Shown: positions 39,400 through 54,075, counted from the first letter of the stretch. The stretch: DNA of 64,000 bases from Candidatus Latescibacterota bacterium (GCA_965204725.1 OZ242005.1:3840001-3904000); one strand, 5' to 3'. Numbers and translations: made by a program. The notes: generated by a model not told the origin, from the letters alone.

Positions 39400-40524
39400 A
39401 TGATTTTGAACGCATGTCACAGGGCCGGCGTACTGTTGTTGGCGGCAGCTTTGGGGGCTTGCAGCGTGCAAGTGGGCGGGCGCGGCGAGGACGACCGCCC
39501 AGACTCAGCGGCCCAAGCCGACAGCACGGCCGCCGATAGCCTATCCAAGCCCATAGAAGCGGTGCCCGTTGAAGTCGCCCTCGCACACACGGGCGAGATC
39601 TCCGCCCATCTGCTGTTCAACTCGACCATCGAGACCGAGGCGGCCGTCGAGATTTATCCCCAAATCAGTGGCCTCGTCAGCCAACTCAGAGTCGAGGCCG
39701 GCGACCGCGTCGAAGCGGGCGACACCCTCCTCCGCATTGAGGACAAGCAGTTGCGCATCGCCGTTGCGGAGGCCCAAGCCAACTACCACTATCAGCAGAC
39801 CGGCTTCAAGCGCACCGAGGCCATGTTTGAGCGCAACCTCATCAGCGACCAAGAGTTTGAGACCAACAAATACAACTTTGAACAATCTCGCCTCCGGCTA
39901 GCGCGCGCGCGCCTAGATCTAGAATACGCAGCAATCATCGCGCCGTTTTCCGGCGTGATCACCGAGCGCTACGTGCAAGTCGGCGCTCGGGTAGGGCCGA
40001 GCAGCAAGCTCTACGACCTCATCAAGCTCGACGACCTCATTGCCCGCGTCTTCGCGCCCGGCCAGTACCTCACCGCCGTCAGCAACGGCCAGCAGGCCCT
40101 CATCACCTCGGAGTTCTTGCCCGACGAGAAGTTCCACGGCTGGGTCAAGCGCATCAGCCCCGTCGTCGATCCCAAAAGCGGCACCTTCAAGGTCACGGTG
40201 GGCCTGCGCGACCGCTGGGAGTACTTGCGGCCCGGCCTCTTCGTCAACGTGCGCATCATCACCGCCACGCACTCCGACGCCGTGTTGATACCCAAGCAGG
40301 CGGTCGTGTACGATGGCGGCGACCGCTTCGTGTTCGCCGTCAAGGACACCACGGCTACGCGGGTCAAGCTACAGCCCGGGTTTGAGGACGCCGACTTTAT
40401 CGAGGCACTCGCCGGCATCGACTCCGGCACCCCGATCATCGTCGTCGGGCAAAACGGCCTCAAAGACCGCACGCGGGTGCGCGTGGTCAACTCAGCCTCA
40501 GCCGAAGACGCGGGCCAAGGCTAG
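39400..40524 (+). CDS. RND efflux periplasmic adaptor subunit (lipoprotein)
   Basis: LGAC lipobox, IIAPFSGVI, ISPVVDPKSGT, LRPG. Confidence 0.93.
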   Translation: MILNACHRAGVLLLAAALGACSVQVGGRGEDDRPDSAAQADSTAADSLSKPIEAVPVEVALAHTGEISAHLLFNSTIETEAAVEIYPQISGLVSQLRVEAGDRVEAGDTLLRIEDKQLRIAVAEAQANYHYQQTGFKRTEAMFERNLISDQEFETNKYNFEQSRLRLARARLDLEYAAIIAPFSGVITERYVQVGARVGPSSKLYDLIKLDDLIARVFAPGQYLTAVSNGQQALITSEFLPDEKFHGWVKRISPVVDPKSGTFKVTVGLRDRWEYLRPGLFVNVRIITATHSDAVLIPKQAVVYDGGDRFVFAVKDTTATRVKLQPGFEDADFIEALAGIDSGTPIIVVGQNGLKDRTRVRVVNSASAEDAGQG

Positions 40525-40530
40525 GGGGCC

Positions 40531-44364
<3,834 letters not shown>

Positions 44365-44373
44365 GAGGGACCC

Positions 44374-47300
44374 ATGGAAAAGCCGAGCCAGTACCCCCTG
44401 CCGCGCTTTTCGGTCAACCGGCCGGTGACCGTAGTAATGTCGCTAGTCGCATTGCTAGTGGTGGGCTACATCGCCTACACGCGGATCCCCCTGACCCTTT
44501 TTCCCGGAGGCTTTGACTATCCCCGCCTCTTCGCCTGGGCGCACTATCCCAACGCCGGAGCAGTCGAAGTGGAGGAGAAGGTCGTGCATCACCTCGAAGA
44601 GGCCGTCGCCCAAGTCAGCCGGATCAAGCGGATTCGCTCCAACGCCTACAGCGGCGGCGGCAATGTCCAAGTCGAGTTCCAAAAGGGCACCGACCTGCAA
44701 CTCGCTTTTGCCGAGATGAAGGACCGGCTCGACCGAGTCATGCCCGAGCTGCCCGACGAAATCGAGCAACTGTGGGTCCGGCGCTGGGATCAAAACGACA
44801 TTCCGATCATGGAGGGCGCGATCACCTTTGAGGCCCAATACGCCGACCCGCGCCAATTCATTGACGCCTACGTGGAGCCGGCGCTGCGCCGCGTCAATGG
44901 GGTCGGCAACATCGAGCTTTGGGGATCGCCGAGCAAGCAAGTGATCGTCGAGCTGGACCAAAGCAAGGTACACGGCCACCGGGTCAACGTGTTCGAGGTG
45001 CTCAACAGCTTGCGCGCCCAAAACCTCACCGTCCCCGGGGGCTGGGTGATTGAGGGCGGCAAGAAGATCTATGTGCGTTCGGTGGGCCGCTTTGAGAACG
45101 TCGAGGAGATCGCCAACACCGTGGTCGATCCCGAGTACCAGTTGCGGCTGGGCGACATCGCCGAGGTTTCCTATAAGCGGCCGCAGCAAGACTGGGTCAA
45201 CCGCATTGACCGCAAGGAGTCGCTGGCCTTCGGCGTCACCAAGGCATCCGGCGCCAATGTCGTCGAAGTTTCCAACGGGGTGAAGGAAGCACTGGAAGAG
45301 CTAAAAGACCATCCCAAGCTCGAAGGGTTGGACTTCAAGCTGTTCTGGAACCAAGGCGACCAAGTGACCAACTCGGTTGACAATCTCAAAAATTCCGGCC
45401 TGTGGGGTGGGCTGTTCGCGGCCTTGGTGCTCTTTTTCTTTTTACGCGCGGTGCGCATCACCCTGATCATCACCTTGGCGATCCCGCTGTCCATTCTAGC
45501 GACGATTACCGCCCTGTACTTCATAGGCTGGTCGTTGAACATGGCGACGATGATGGGCCTCATGCTGAGCTTGGGGCTGGTGGTTGACAACGCCATCGTC
45601 ATCGTCGAAAACATCTACCGCAAGCGCCAAGAAGGCATCGCCCCACGCCCGGCCTCAATTGAGGGCGCCGGCGAGGTAGGACTTGCGGTGACCATGGCGA
45701 CCCTGACGACCGTGGTGGTCTTCCTGCCCCTGATTCTGATGAGCGACGAGGAAATGTTTTCGTTCTGGATGCTCAGAATCGGCCTCCCGGTCATCGCGGG
45801 GCTGGTGGCCTCGCTGCTCATCGCCCTGATCTTCATCCCGCTTGCCGCGCTCAAGCTGGCGACGAGCAAGGAAAAAAGCGAGCCTCGGATGATCGCTTGG
45901 ACCCGCAAGCACTACGTGCGCTCGCTGGGCTGGGTGCTGAACAATCGCCTCGACGCCTTCGTCATCGCCTTGGTCCTGCTCGCCAGCATCCAGATCCCCA
46001 TGAATGGCATGGATCGCACCGACAGTCAGGAGCGCAACGAGGTGCGGATGGACTTGGCCTTTGAGATGCCTTCGGGCCAGTCGCTGGACCAAGCCGAGCA
46101 GTTTATGGCCGTCGTCGAGGATACGGTGATGGCCCACAGGGCCGAGTACAATGTCGAGATACTCCGCACGTATTTTCGCCGCGGCTGGGGGCGGGTGACG
46201 CTGTTTTTCGCCGAGGGAGAGGACGCGGAGTGGTATCAGGTGGCTTGGGACAATTTGAGCGTCGCGCTGGGCCTGAAGGAACGGGAACACCTCTCCTACA
46301 AGGAGGTCGAACAGGACCTCCGCGAGCGGCTCTACCTGCCGCCGGGCGTCACCTTGCGGGTCAACTGGGAAAACTCCGAACAAGATCCCCGAGTCAACGT
46401 CAGCCTGTATGGCGAGGATACCGAGGTGCTGATCGGACTAGCCGCCGAGGTCGAACGGCGGCTGGAGAGCATCCCCGGCTTGCTGTCGGTCAATACCGAC
46501 ATGGACCGCGGCGGCACCGAGCTACAAGTGCGCCTCAACCGCGACCAAGTGCAGCGCCTCGGCGTGGACCCCCAGATGGTTTCGGGCAGCATTGCCTACG
46601 CACTGCGCGGCACGAATATCAACAAGTTCCACACCGACGACGGCCGCGAAGTCGATATCCGCGTCCAGCTCGCCGAATACGGCAGCCACAGCTTAGACGA
46701 CCTACGCACTCAGCGCTTTCCCACCGCTGATGGCCGCGAAGTCCCCCTCGAATCGCTGGCGGACCTCTATGTCGAGCGCACCCTAGGCAATATCCGGCGC
46801 GAGAACCGGCAGACCATGCTCAATGTCAGTGCCCGCGCCTCTAAGGACCGGGCTCAACATCTCTTCGCCCAAGTCGATCAGGCGATGCAGGGCTTTGAGA
46901 TGCCGCGCGGCTACCGCTGGGACAAAGGCTCTCGCTTTGCGGAGCTATCGGAGCAGGACCAGTCGCGGAAATTCGCCCTTATCATGTCCGTGACCTTTGT
47001 CTTTTTGCTGATGGGGGTGCTCTTCGAGTCGTTCGTGCTGCCGCTGTCGGTGATCGTGTCCATCCCATTCTCCTTCCTCGGCGTTTACTGGATTCTATAT
47101 CTGACGGACACGCCCTTTGAAATCATGTCGATGATCGGCTCGGTAATCCTGATCGGCGTGGTGGTCAACAACGCCATCGTGCTGATCGATTTGGCCAACC
47201 GGCTCCGGGCCGAGGGCAAGTCGCGCTACGACGCGCTGCTGGAGGCCGGCCGCCACCGCTTCCGGCCCATCCTGATGACGACCTTCACCACCGCTTTCGG

Positions 47301-47505
47301 GCTGCTCCCAATGGCCGCGGGCAATTCCAAGATGGTGGGTTTGGCCTACGCGCCGCTGGGCAGGACGATGATCGGCGGTCTGCTAACGGCGATGGTACTG
47401 ACGCTGCTATTGGTGCCGCTGTTTTACACCTTTTTCGATGATTTCCGCACGGCCATGCAGCGGATTATGACATCGGCATTTGGGCGCAAACAGGAGGCGA
47501 CCTGA
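44374..47505 (+). CDS. RND efflux permease (second subunit)
   Basis: GLVVDNAIVIVENI, GVVVNNAIVL, RFRPILMT. Confidence 0.93.
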   Translation: MEKPSQYPLPRFSVNRPVTVVMSLVALLVVGYIAYTRIPLTLFPGGFDYPRLFAWAHYPNAGAVEVEEKVVHHLEEAVAQVSRIKRIRSNAYSGGGNVQVEFQKGTDLQLAFAEMKDRLDRVMPELPDEIEQLWVRRWDQNDIPIMEGAITFEAQYADPRQFIDAYVEPALRRVNGVGNIELWGSPSKQVIVELDQSKVHGHRVNVFEVLNSLRAQNLTVPGGWVIEGGKKIYVRSVGRFENVEEIANTVVDPEYQLRLGDIAEVSYKRPQQDWVNRIDRKESLAFGVTKASGANVVEVSNGVKEALEELKDHPKLEGLDFKLFWNQGDQVTNSVDNLKNSGLWGGLFAALVLFFFLRAVRITLIITLAIPLSILATITALYFIGWSLNMATMMGLMLSLGLVVDNAIVIVENIYRKRQEGIAPRPASIEGAGEVGLAVTMATLTTVVVFLPLILMSDEEMFSFWMLRIGLPVIAGLVASLLIALIFIPLAALKLATSKEKSEPRMIAWTRKHYVRSLGWVLNNRLDAFVIALVLLASIQIPMNGMDRTDSQERNEVRMDLAFEMPSGQSLDQAEQFMAVVEDTVMAHRAEYNVEILRTYFRRGWGRVTLFFAEGEDAEWYQVAWDNLSVALGLKEREHLSYKEVEQDLRERLYLPPGVTLRVNWENSEQDPRVNVSLYGEDTEVLIGLAAEVERRLESIPGLLSVNTDMDRGGTELQVRLNRDQVQRLGVDPQMVSGSIAYALRGTNINKFHTDDGREVDIRVQLAEYGSHSLDDLRTQRFPTADGREVPLESLADLYVERTLGNIRRENRQTMLNVSARASKDRAQHLFAQVDQAMQGFEMPRGYRWDKGSRFAELSEQDQSRKFALIMSVTFVFLLMGVLFESFVLPLSVIVSIPFSFLGVYWILYLTDTPFEIMSMIGSVILIGVVVNNAIVLIDLANRLRAEGKSRYDALLEAGRHRFRPILMTTFTTAFGLLPMAAGNSKMVGLAYAPLGRTMIGGLLTAMVLTLLLVPLFYTFFDDFRTAMQRIMTSAFGRKQEAT

Positions 47506-47508
47506 GAA

Positions 47509-47766
47509 ATGAAAAATTATCACGATGTGAGCGATTTACGTTTTGATGGCAGGTTTATGATGCTGATTATCGACGGCCAACAAAAGCGATTTAACGTAAG
47601 CGATATATCGACTGTACTCGCCGAGGCTTCAAATCGGGAGCGGGCGACTTTTGAAATTTCCCCCTCTGGTTATGGCATTCATTGGCCTCTCCTAGACGAA
47701 GATATTTCTATTGACGGTTTGCTGGGTATCGTCCATACGCCTAAGAAACGAATGCAGATTGTCTGA
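47509..47766 (+). CDS. DUF2442-like small protein
   Basis: GYGIHWPLLDEDISIDGLL motif; low GC. Confidence 0.8.
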   Translation: MKNYHDVSDLRFDGRFMMLIIDGQQKRFNVSDISTVLAEASNRERATFEISPSGYGIHWPLLDEDISIDGLLGIVHTPKKRMQIV

Positions 47767-47783
47767 GTAGAGCGGGCGGATCA

Positions 47784-49268
47784 TCATCGTCCCAAGCGGA
47801 AGATCTCATAAGACACGGAGGGACAGCCGTCACGGTGGCGATCAATTCTCGCGATCAATTCCCGCTGGGGATACCTAGCGCGCAGCGATTCGGGAACCGC
47901 GCTGCCCGTTCGCACGGCGAAGAGCACTTCTTCTGGATAGGGCGTCTCGCGCTGGCTGTAAAAATCTGTCAGGTCTCGGAATCTCGGGTCGTCAACCGTG
48001 TAGTACTCCCGCTCGGCCCGCCCGTAATACGCCAGCGCGAACGGTATGCTATACTGCGTACTCAGTAGCGGCAGCCGTGGAACGACCTCCTCCACATCCG
48101 CGGCCCAGCGACGCCAGCCGCTATACTCGCAGAGCCGTTCCCTCCACGAGTAGGAAGGCTCGCGGGCCTGATCTTCCTGCGACACCAACCCAACATAGCT
48201 TTGGTCCAGCCCGCTGCGCTCGATGAGGTCGCTGTAAAGCGCGGGGTATTTCAGTCCTAGGCCGATGGCGAGCGATTGCAGCAGCCCGGTGGCGACGAGG
48301 GCGACGAGCAGCCAGCGTCTAGGATATACAGCAAAGGCCGCAGGCCACAGGCTCAGCAAGCCCGGCAGCAGCCAGTTGCCCTTGATTTGGCCGCGGCCGA
48401 GCGCGAAAACTAAAAAAGCACCGACCGTACAGAGCGCGGGCAGTAAGGCGAGGAGGTCGCGCCGTTTGATCGCCGGCCCCAAGCCGGCCCAGAGCAGAAA
48501 CAGCAAAAACGGCGACACAAAAAAGAGCGGACTGACCGCAAAGAAGAGTAAGCGTGCGAGAGGATGGCCGAGGTCGTCGATGCGCGAAAGTGTACTCAGG
48601 GTCTGAGGCAGGTAGAAGCCAGTGCTGAACTGGGCGTAAGTCAGCGGTGCGGCGACTGCGAAGGCGGGCAGTAGGAACGCGGCGAGTCGGTGCCAACGCT
48701 CCTTCCTTTGGTTCCCGAGCGCGATCCACAGGCCCAACCCGCCGACGAGAAAGGCCCCCGAGTACTTGCAGAGGACAGCCAAACCCGCCGCTAGACCCGT
48801 GCATATATAGGGCCGGAGTGCGTTGGTTGCGGCGGCCCGCCGCGCCATGCACAGGGCCAGTAGCCAACAAGGGACTAAGAAGCCATCGGGATGTAGGTAG
48901 GAGCTGGTGTGCCAAGTCCAGTGGCTGAGCGCGAAGGCCGCGGCCGCCCACAGTGCCGGTTGCTTGGCGAGGCCCTGTATCCTGCAAAGCCAATAGACGA
49001 GCGCGGTAGAAAACGCACCCAACAAAGCGGACGGCAGCCGCAGAAACCATTCTTGGTGCGGGTAGAGCGCGTGGGTCAGCTTGAAGACGGCCAAGGGCAA
49101 GAGCGCGTACGAGGCGTCGAGGTGCTGGCCCCAATACCAGTAAACGGCCTCGTCCTTGCCCAGCTCCACCTCGGCGACCAGCCAGAGCTTGAGCAAAGTA
49201 TAGATGCCCAGCAGGGACAACAGATTGACGCTGTTGAGGCCGCCGCGTATATTGTGAAACCCGAACAC
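47784..49268 (-). CDS. ArnT/GT39-like membrane glycosyltransferase; start uncertain
   Basis: DEAVYWYW, LRLPS, PDG, GLAVLCKY; multiple TM helices. Confidence 0.82.
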   Translation of the reverse strand: MFGFHNIRGGLNSVNLLSLLGIYTLLKLWLVAEVELGKDEAVYWYWGQHLDASYALLPLAVFKLTHALYPHQEWFLRLPSALLGAFSTALVYWLCRIQGLAKQPALWAAAAFALSHWTWHTSSYLHPDGFLVPCWLLALCMARRAAATNALRPYICTGLAAGLAVLCKYSGAFLVGGLGLWIALGNQRKERWHRLAAFLLPAFAVAAPLTYAQFSTGFYLPQTLSTLSRIDDLGHPLARLLFFAVSPLFFVSPFLLFLLWAGLGPAIKRRDLLALLPALCTVGAFLVFALGRGQIKGNWLLPGLLSLWPAAFAVYPRRWLLVALVATGLLQSLAIGLGLKYPALYSDLIERSGLDQSYVGLVSQEDQAREPSYSWRERLCEYSGWRRWAADVEEVVPRLPLLSTQYSIPFALAYYGRAEREYYTVDDPRFRDLTDFYSQRETPYPEEVLFAVRTGSAVPESLRARYPQRELIARIDRHRDGCPSVSYEIFRLGR

Positions 49269-49302
49269 AGCAACAATTTTCAGAGTTGTGGAGAATGGTT
49301 TA

Positions 49303-49911
49303 ATGGCCAAAAAAGACGAAGATTTGCTCAAGACCCTCCAAGAAAAAAACCTAGAGCAGAGCCTGTACAAAGCGCGCAAAATTTTCCTTTGGTCCGACGT
49401 CAACGACGAGTCGGCCAAGGATGTGGTCACCCGCCTGCTCTCGCTAGACGCCGAAGACCCAACCGCAGAAATCGTCCTCTACATCAACAGTCCCGGCGGC
49501 TCGGTCTCCGATGGCATGGCCGTTTACGACGCCATGCTGGCGATTCAGGCTCCTGTTTCCACTGTGTGCATGGGCATGGCGATGAGCATGGGGTCGTTTC
49601 TGCTGTCGGCTGGCGAGCCGGGGCGTCGCTTCGCTTGGCCACACGCCCGGATTATGATCCATCAGCCGAGCCTCCTACACACCATCACCGGCACGGCGAT
49701 CGACCTCGACATCCGCGCCAAGGAGACGATCCGCTTGCGCGAAGAGCTAAACGCACTCTACGCCAAGCACACCGGCCAAGCGGTCGAAAAAATCGCCAAG
49801 GACACGGACCGCGACTTTTTTATGTCGGCTGGGGAAGCCAAGGCGTACGGCCTGCTCGACGACATAATCACCACCACGGCGCCCTCGCCCAACGGGTACT
49901 CCAAAAGGTAG
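49303..49911 (+). CDS. clpP: ATP-dependent Clp protease proteolytic subunit
   Basis: YINSPGGSV, AMSMGS, RIMIHQP, DRDFFMSA.EA..YGL. Confidence 0.95.
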   Translation: MAKKDEDLLKTLQEKNLEQSLYKARKIFLWSDVNDESAKDVVTRLLSLDAEDPTAEIVLYINSPGGSVSDGMAVYDAMLAIQAPVSTVCMGMAMSMGSFLLSAGEPGRRFAWPHARIMIHQPSLLHTITGTAIDLDIRAKETIRLREELNALYAKHTGQAVEKIAKDTDRDFFMSAGEAKAYGLLDDIITTTAPSPNGYSKR

Positions 49912-49965
49912 CACCGTCCCTTCGTGGTTTGCTCATCGCGCCGGTCCCAATCGGGGCCGGCGTTT

Positions 49966-50772
49966 TTATTGGCAACTCGGGCAATAGAAGGTGTTGCGAC
50001 CTCCCAAGTACAAGCTCTCAACTGGCGAGTCGCAGACTCGGCAGTCCTCGCCTTGGCGGCCGTACACATAGAGCCGCTGCTGAAAGCGTCCACCCGCCCC
50101 CGCTCCCTGATAGTCGCTGATGGTCGTGCCGCCTTGGTCAATGGCGGCGCGCAGCACCTTTTTGATCTCTTGGGCGAGCACGGCCAAGCGCGGCGGGTCG
50201 AGGGCTGCGGCCGGAGTCGCCGGGTGAATGCGCGCCCGGAAGAGGGCCTCGCTGGCGTAGATATTGCCCACTCCGACGACCGTGCGATGGTCCATAATGA
50301 CGTTCTTGATCGGGCTTTTGCGCCGCTGGCACTGGGCGTGGAGATAGCGGGCGTTGAAGGCGCGGGAGAGAGGCTCGGGGCCGAGGTGTTGCAAGTACCG
50401 GCACGTGTGCTCCTCGCCCGCGTCGAGCACCCGCACTAGGCCAAAGCGCCGCGGATCGTTGAACACCACAGCCCCCCCGTCGGCAAACTCAAAGCCCACG
50501 TGGTCGTGCTTAGTGCCCCACGGCCGCAGGAGCAGGTTGCCGCTCATGCCGAGATGGACCAAGAGCGTCCGGCCCGCTTGCAGGTCGAGGAGGAGGAATT
50601 TGGCGCGGCGACGAGCGGCCACAAAGCAATCCCCGAGCAAGGAGCGCAACGCGGCCCTCGGCAAAGGCTCGCGCAGGCGTTTCGCACTGACGCGGACGCG
50701 GGTAATCGGCCGGCCCAGCAGGTGGCACTCCATCGCGCTGCGGACGGTTTCGACCTCGGGAAGCTCGGGCAT
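49966..50772 (-). CDS. mutM: Formamidopyrimidine-DNA glycosylase
   Basis: MPELPEVE, HLGMSG, DPRRFG, GVGNIYASE, C-terminal zinc finger. Confidence 0.97.
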   Translation of the reverse strand: MPELPEVETVRSAMECHLLGRPITRVRVSAKRLREPLPRAALRSLLGDCFVAARRRAKFLLLDLQAGRTLLVHLGMSGNLLLRPWGTKHDHVGFEFADGGAVVFNDPRRFGLVRVLDAGEEHTCRYLQHLGPEPLSRAFNARYLHAQCQRRKSPIKNVIMDHRTVVGVGNIYASEALFRARIHPATPAAALDPPRLAVLAQEIKKVLRAAIDQGGTTISDYQGAGAGGRFQQRLYVYGRQGEDCRVCDSPVESLYLGGRNTFYCPSCQ

Positions 50773-50873
50773 GGGCAGAGTATAGAAGCCGCCCGTAGAA
50801 GCGTCAAACATTGCCGACCGGTCTGCGGTTGGTATATTGAAAACCCTCACTCAAAACGCAGGAGCTATTCCTC

Positions 50874-52175
50874 ATGGATCTGACCAAACAACCGCCTCGT
50901 CGCCCTTCCAACGCCCGCGTCGCCGGCCTCGTCGGGCTGGCGCGCATGATCGACAAGGCGCGTGGGCACAACGCCGAGACCATCGGCGCGTTCAAGTATG
51001 GAGACGACTCGGGCCTCGATGTCGAAGTGCTCGAATTTATCAACATGAACGCCGCCGAGTTCGCCGAGGCCGCCGGCAAATTAAGCGATGCGGCCTTGGG
51101 CAAATTGGCCCTAGAAAGAGCGCAGAAAAGCCAAGCGGAGCTCGATGCCTTCAACGAGGAACACCTCGCCCGCGAGCCGCAAGACGAGCTACACGAGCGG
51201 CTGCTCGTCGAGCGGATCGCCCAATACGCCCCAGAGCGCACGGACATCAAGACGGTCTTCGCCTCCATTGAGCTAGACGATTGGGGGGCCTTTCGGGACT
51301 TGGACCTGACCGCCCAGCCGCCGCGCAGCCCGTACCTCCGCAGCGTCTTTGGCGTGATGGGCGCGGCGCGCATGGCCGACAAGGCGCGGGCAGCCACCTG
51401 CGGCACGCTAGGCGCGTATCGCTTTGGTGCCGACTCCAGCCAAGACGCGGCCATTTTGGATTTCTTGGGCGTTGAGGAGGACGCCTTTCGCCAAGCGGCA
51501 TACGAAAATCCCAACGACGACGAACTGAGCGAGTGGATCGCCGACCGCTGCGAGAAGTCGGCTGCGGACAAAAGCGTCTTCAACGCTTGGCGCGCCAACG
51601 TCGGCCGCTACGGCGAGATGCATCAGCGGCTCAAGGTGCGCCGGGCCGAGGTCGCGCCCGAGCGCGGGGACATCGAGACCTTCTTCGACCTGCAAGACCT
51701 CGACGACGAGTTGAGCTTTGGGCTGACGGACTTGCGCCGGCACCCGCCGCGCAGCGCCTTTGACCAGAGCGTTGGCGGCCTTGCCTGCCTAGCGCGGATG
51801 ATCGACAAGTTCCGCGCCAAAGCAGACAACTGTCTCGGGGAGTACTGGTGCGGCGAGGATTCGGGCTTCGACCGTGCGGTTCTGGACTTTCTCGGCTTCG
51901 ACGTGCAGGCTTTCGCCGCGGCCATTGCGTCCAGCCGAACTGACGAGGAACTGGTGGCGCGGCTGGGCGAGTGGCTGGGCGGCAAGAGCGAGGAAGAGAA
52001 GGCGCAGTTTAACCAACGGCTCCTGACCGCCGGGCCGCGCAACGACCGGCAGCAGAGCTTTTTGCGTGCAGCCATTGCCCGGCTCGACGCCTCGCGCACC
52101 GACATCGAGAGCTTTGCGGCCCTGACCCTCCTCGACGACAAGGTCTCCTTTGCAAGGCTCAAGGCCGGCGTCTGA
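50874..52175 (+). CDS. Protein of three tandem DUF5069-like domains
   Basis: Three copies of DL...PPR...ARM.DK.R....G.Y..G.DS..D...L.F. Confidence 0.8.
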   Translation: MDLTKQPPRRPSNARVAGLVGLARMIDKARGHNAETIGAFKYGDDSGLDVEVLEFINMNAAEFAEAAGKLSDAALGKLALERAQKSQAELDAFNEEHLAREPQDELHERLLVERIAQYAPERTDIKTVFASIELDDWGAFRDLDLTAQPPRSPYLRSVFGVMGAARMADKARAATCGTLGAYRFGADSSQDAAILDFLGVEEDAFRQAAYENPNDDELSEWIADRCEKSAADKSVFNAWRANVGRYGEMHQRLKVRRAEVAPERGDIETFFDLQDLDDELSFGLTDLRRHPPRSAFDQSVGGLACLARMIDKFRAKADNCLGEYWCGEDSGFDRAVLDFLGFDVQAFAAAIASSRTDEELVARLGEWLGGKSEEEKAQFNQRLLTAGPRNDRQQSFLRAAIARLDASRTDIESFAALTLLDDKVSFARLKAGV

Positions 52176-52867
52176 TGCCCCGCCCGCTCATCGGCATCAC
52201 CACCAGCCTAAACGCCGACGGCCAGCAAATCCTCGATCCCCAATATGTAGAAGCGGTCGTGCAGGCGGGCGGAGCTCCGCTCGTGCTGCCGATGACCACA
52301 GAACGCGCTGCGCTGCAAGCGGTCTTAGAGCGCATTGACGGTCTGCTGATCACCGGCGGCCCGGGCATTGAGCGCGGCCTGATCGGCACCCTGCCCAACG
52401 ATCTTCCGCCGGTCGCGGCCCAGCGCGACCGTGCCGACCGCTGGAGCTTTGCGGTCGCGCAAGCGCGCCGGTTGCCGGTTTTGGGCATCTGCTACGGAAT
52501 GCAGCTTATCAGCGCCGAGTTGGGCGGCACGATTTGGGCGGACGTGGAAGCCCAACTCGGCGTTGAGCCGCATGCGCGACAGCGAGTTACAGGCGACCGC
52601 ATTGAGCACGATCTCCAAGTTGAGCCGGGCACGGTGCTGGCCGCGCTGAGCCATGCTGGCCCTTCGCGGGTCAACTCCAATCACATACAGGCCATTGACC
52701 GGCCCGGCGCGGGCTTGCATATCAGCGGACGTAGCGGCGATGGCGTCGTGGAGGCGGTTGAGAGCGCGGACGAGCGCTTAATCGGCGTCCAGTTTCACCC
52801 GGAGCTCATGCTTGGGACGATCTGGTCTAAGCTATTCGATCACTTGGTGAGCCGAGCGGCGGGCTAG
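52175..52867 (+). CDS. Peptidase C26 / PuuD-like gamma-glutamyl hydrolase
   Basis: LITGG, LGICYGMQ, VNSNHIQ, VQFHPE. Confidence 0.9.
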   Translation: MPRPLIGITTSLNADGQQILDPQYVEAVVQAGGAPLVLPMTTERAALQAVLERIDGLLITGGPGIERGLIGTLPNDLPPVAAQRDRADRWSFAVAQARRLPVLGICYGMQLISAELGGTIWADVEAQLGVEPHARQRVTGDRIEHDLQVEPGTVLAALSHAGPSRVNSNHIQAIDRPGAGLHISGRSGDGVVEAVESADERLIGVQFHPELMLGTIWSKLFDHLVSRAAG

Positions 52868-52880
52868 GGGTGCTGACTCA

Positions 52881-53858
52881 ATGAAGCAGATTGTGCGACA
52901 ATTGGATATTCTGCGGGAGTTGCAGGCGCGGCGTTACGGGGTGAGTGTTCGTGAACTGGTAGACGAGTACAACGTAGATAGGCGCACCATCCAGCGCGAT
53001 CTGCAAGACCTGCGCGAGATAGGGTTTCTGCTAAACGCAACACGGCGCACCGATCAGCGCATCTACTACCAGCTACAAAAGGACGCCGAACTGCCGCTGA
53101 ACTTCCCGATCATGGAAGTCGCGGCGATGATCTTTGCCGAGCGGTCGGGCATGGGGCTGGTGGGGACTCCGTTTGGCGAGCACCTGCGGTCGGCGATTCG
53201 CCGGCTGACTCAGGCCATGCCCTTGAAGATGCGGCAATTCCTAGAGCGAGCGGCCGAGGCTTATGTGCCGCTGGTGCGCGGGCACAAGCCTTACGAAGGT
53301 GCCCGCGAGATTCTCGAAAACCTACATGACGCCATCCTGCATCGCCGCGTGTGCTGGGTGCGCTACTCCTCGCCCTGGGCGGAGAGTGCCCGGCAGTACA
53401 ACATTGAACCGCTGCGTCTCCTGCCGCATCGGGGCGGTCTATACGTGATCTCGCGGGTGCCTTACTACGACCAGCTCATCACGCAGGCGGTGGATCGCTT
53501 TGAGGCGGTGGAAGTGACCGACAAGGAGTTTGAGCCGCCGGATCACCTGTCGGTTGACGAGCAAGTAAGCAATGCGTTTGGCGTCTCGTTTGAAGAGCCG
53601 ATGGACGTGGTGGTTCGGTTCACCGAGGAGCAGGCACCGTATATATGGGAGCGGGTCTGGCATCCGAGCCAAGCGATTGAAGAATTGGCGGACGGGCGGG
53701 TGGTGCTGCGGCTGCGGGCTGGGGGATTCTACGAGATCAAGAGTTGGGTGTTGAGCTTTGGCGCGGCGGCTGAGGTGCTAGAGCCGGAGGAATTGCGGGC
53801 GGCGGTGCAGGCGGAGATGCGGGCGGCGTTGGGGTTGTATGACGAGGGGGCGATGTGA
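52881..53858 (+). CDS. HTH-WYL-WCX transcriptional regulator
   Basis: RRTIQRDL wHTH, IEPLRL..GGLYV, WHPSQ, EIKSWVLSFG..AEVLEP..LR. Confidence 0.92.
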   Translation: MKQIVRQLDILRELQARRYGVSVRELVDEYNVDRRTIQRDLQDLREIGFLLNATRRTDQRIYYQLQKDAELPLNFPIMEVAAMIFAERSGMGLVGTPFGEHLRSAIRRLTQAMPLKMRQFLERAAEAYVPLVRGHKPYEGAREILENLHDAILHRRVCWVRYSSPWAESARQYNIEPLRLLPHRGGLYVISRVPYYDQLITQAVDRFEAVEVTDKEFEPPDHLSVDEQVSNAFGVSFEEPMDVVVRFTEEQAPYIWERVWHPSQAIEELADGRVVLRLRAGGFYEIKSWVLSFGAAAEVLEPEELRAAVQAEMRAALGLYDEGAM

Positions 53859-54075
53859 TCTGACGAGATCCACGGACAAGGAGAGTTGTTCCTTAGAGAG
53901 TTCCTGTCAGACGTGCCATCCCTCGTAGGCGCGACATGCCACCCCACCAGAAGCCTTCGACGAACCGATCTCCTCTTCCCATCCCACCCCATCAACACCC
54001 GCCTCCCAAGACTCGTCTAAGCACCCTCCTGCGCCGATCTTGGAAAAATTGATTTCCTCGTAAAAAGTTTCCACC

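Noticed and set aside
48909-50120. 403-aa + strand ORF and similar long shadow ORFs (5170-6093, 21232-22314, 41391-42290)
   Set aside because: Alternative or antisense frames of well-supported genes in GC-rich DNA
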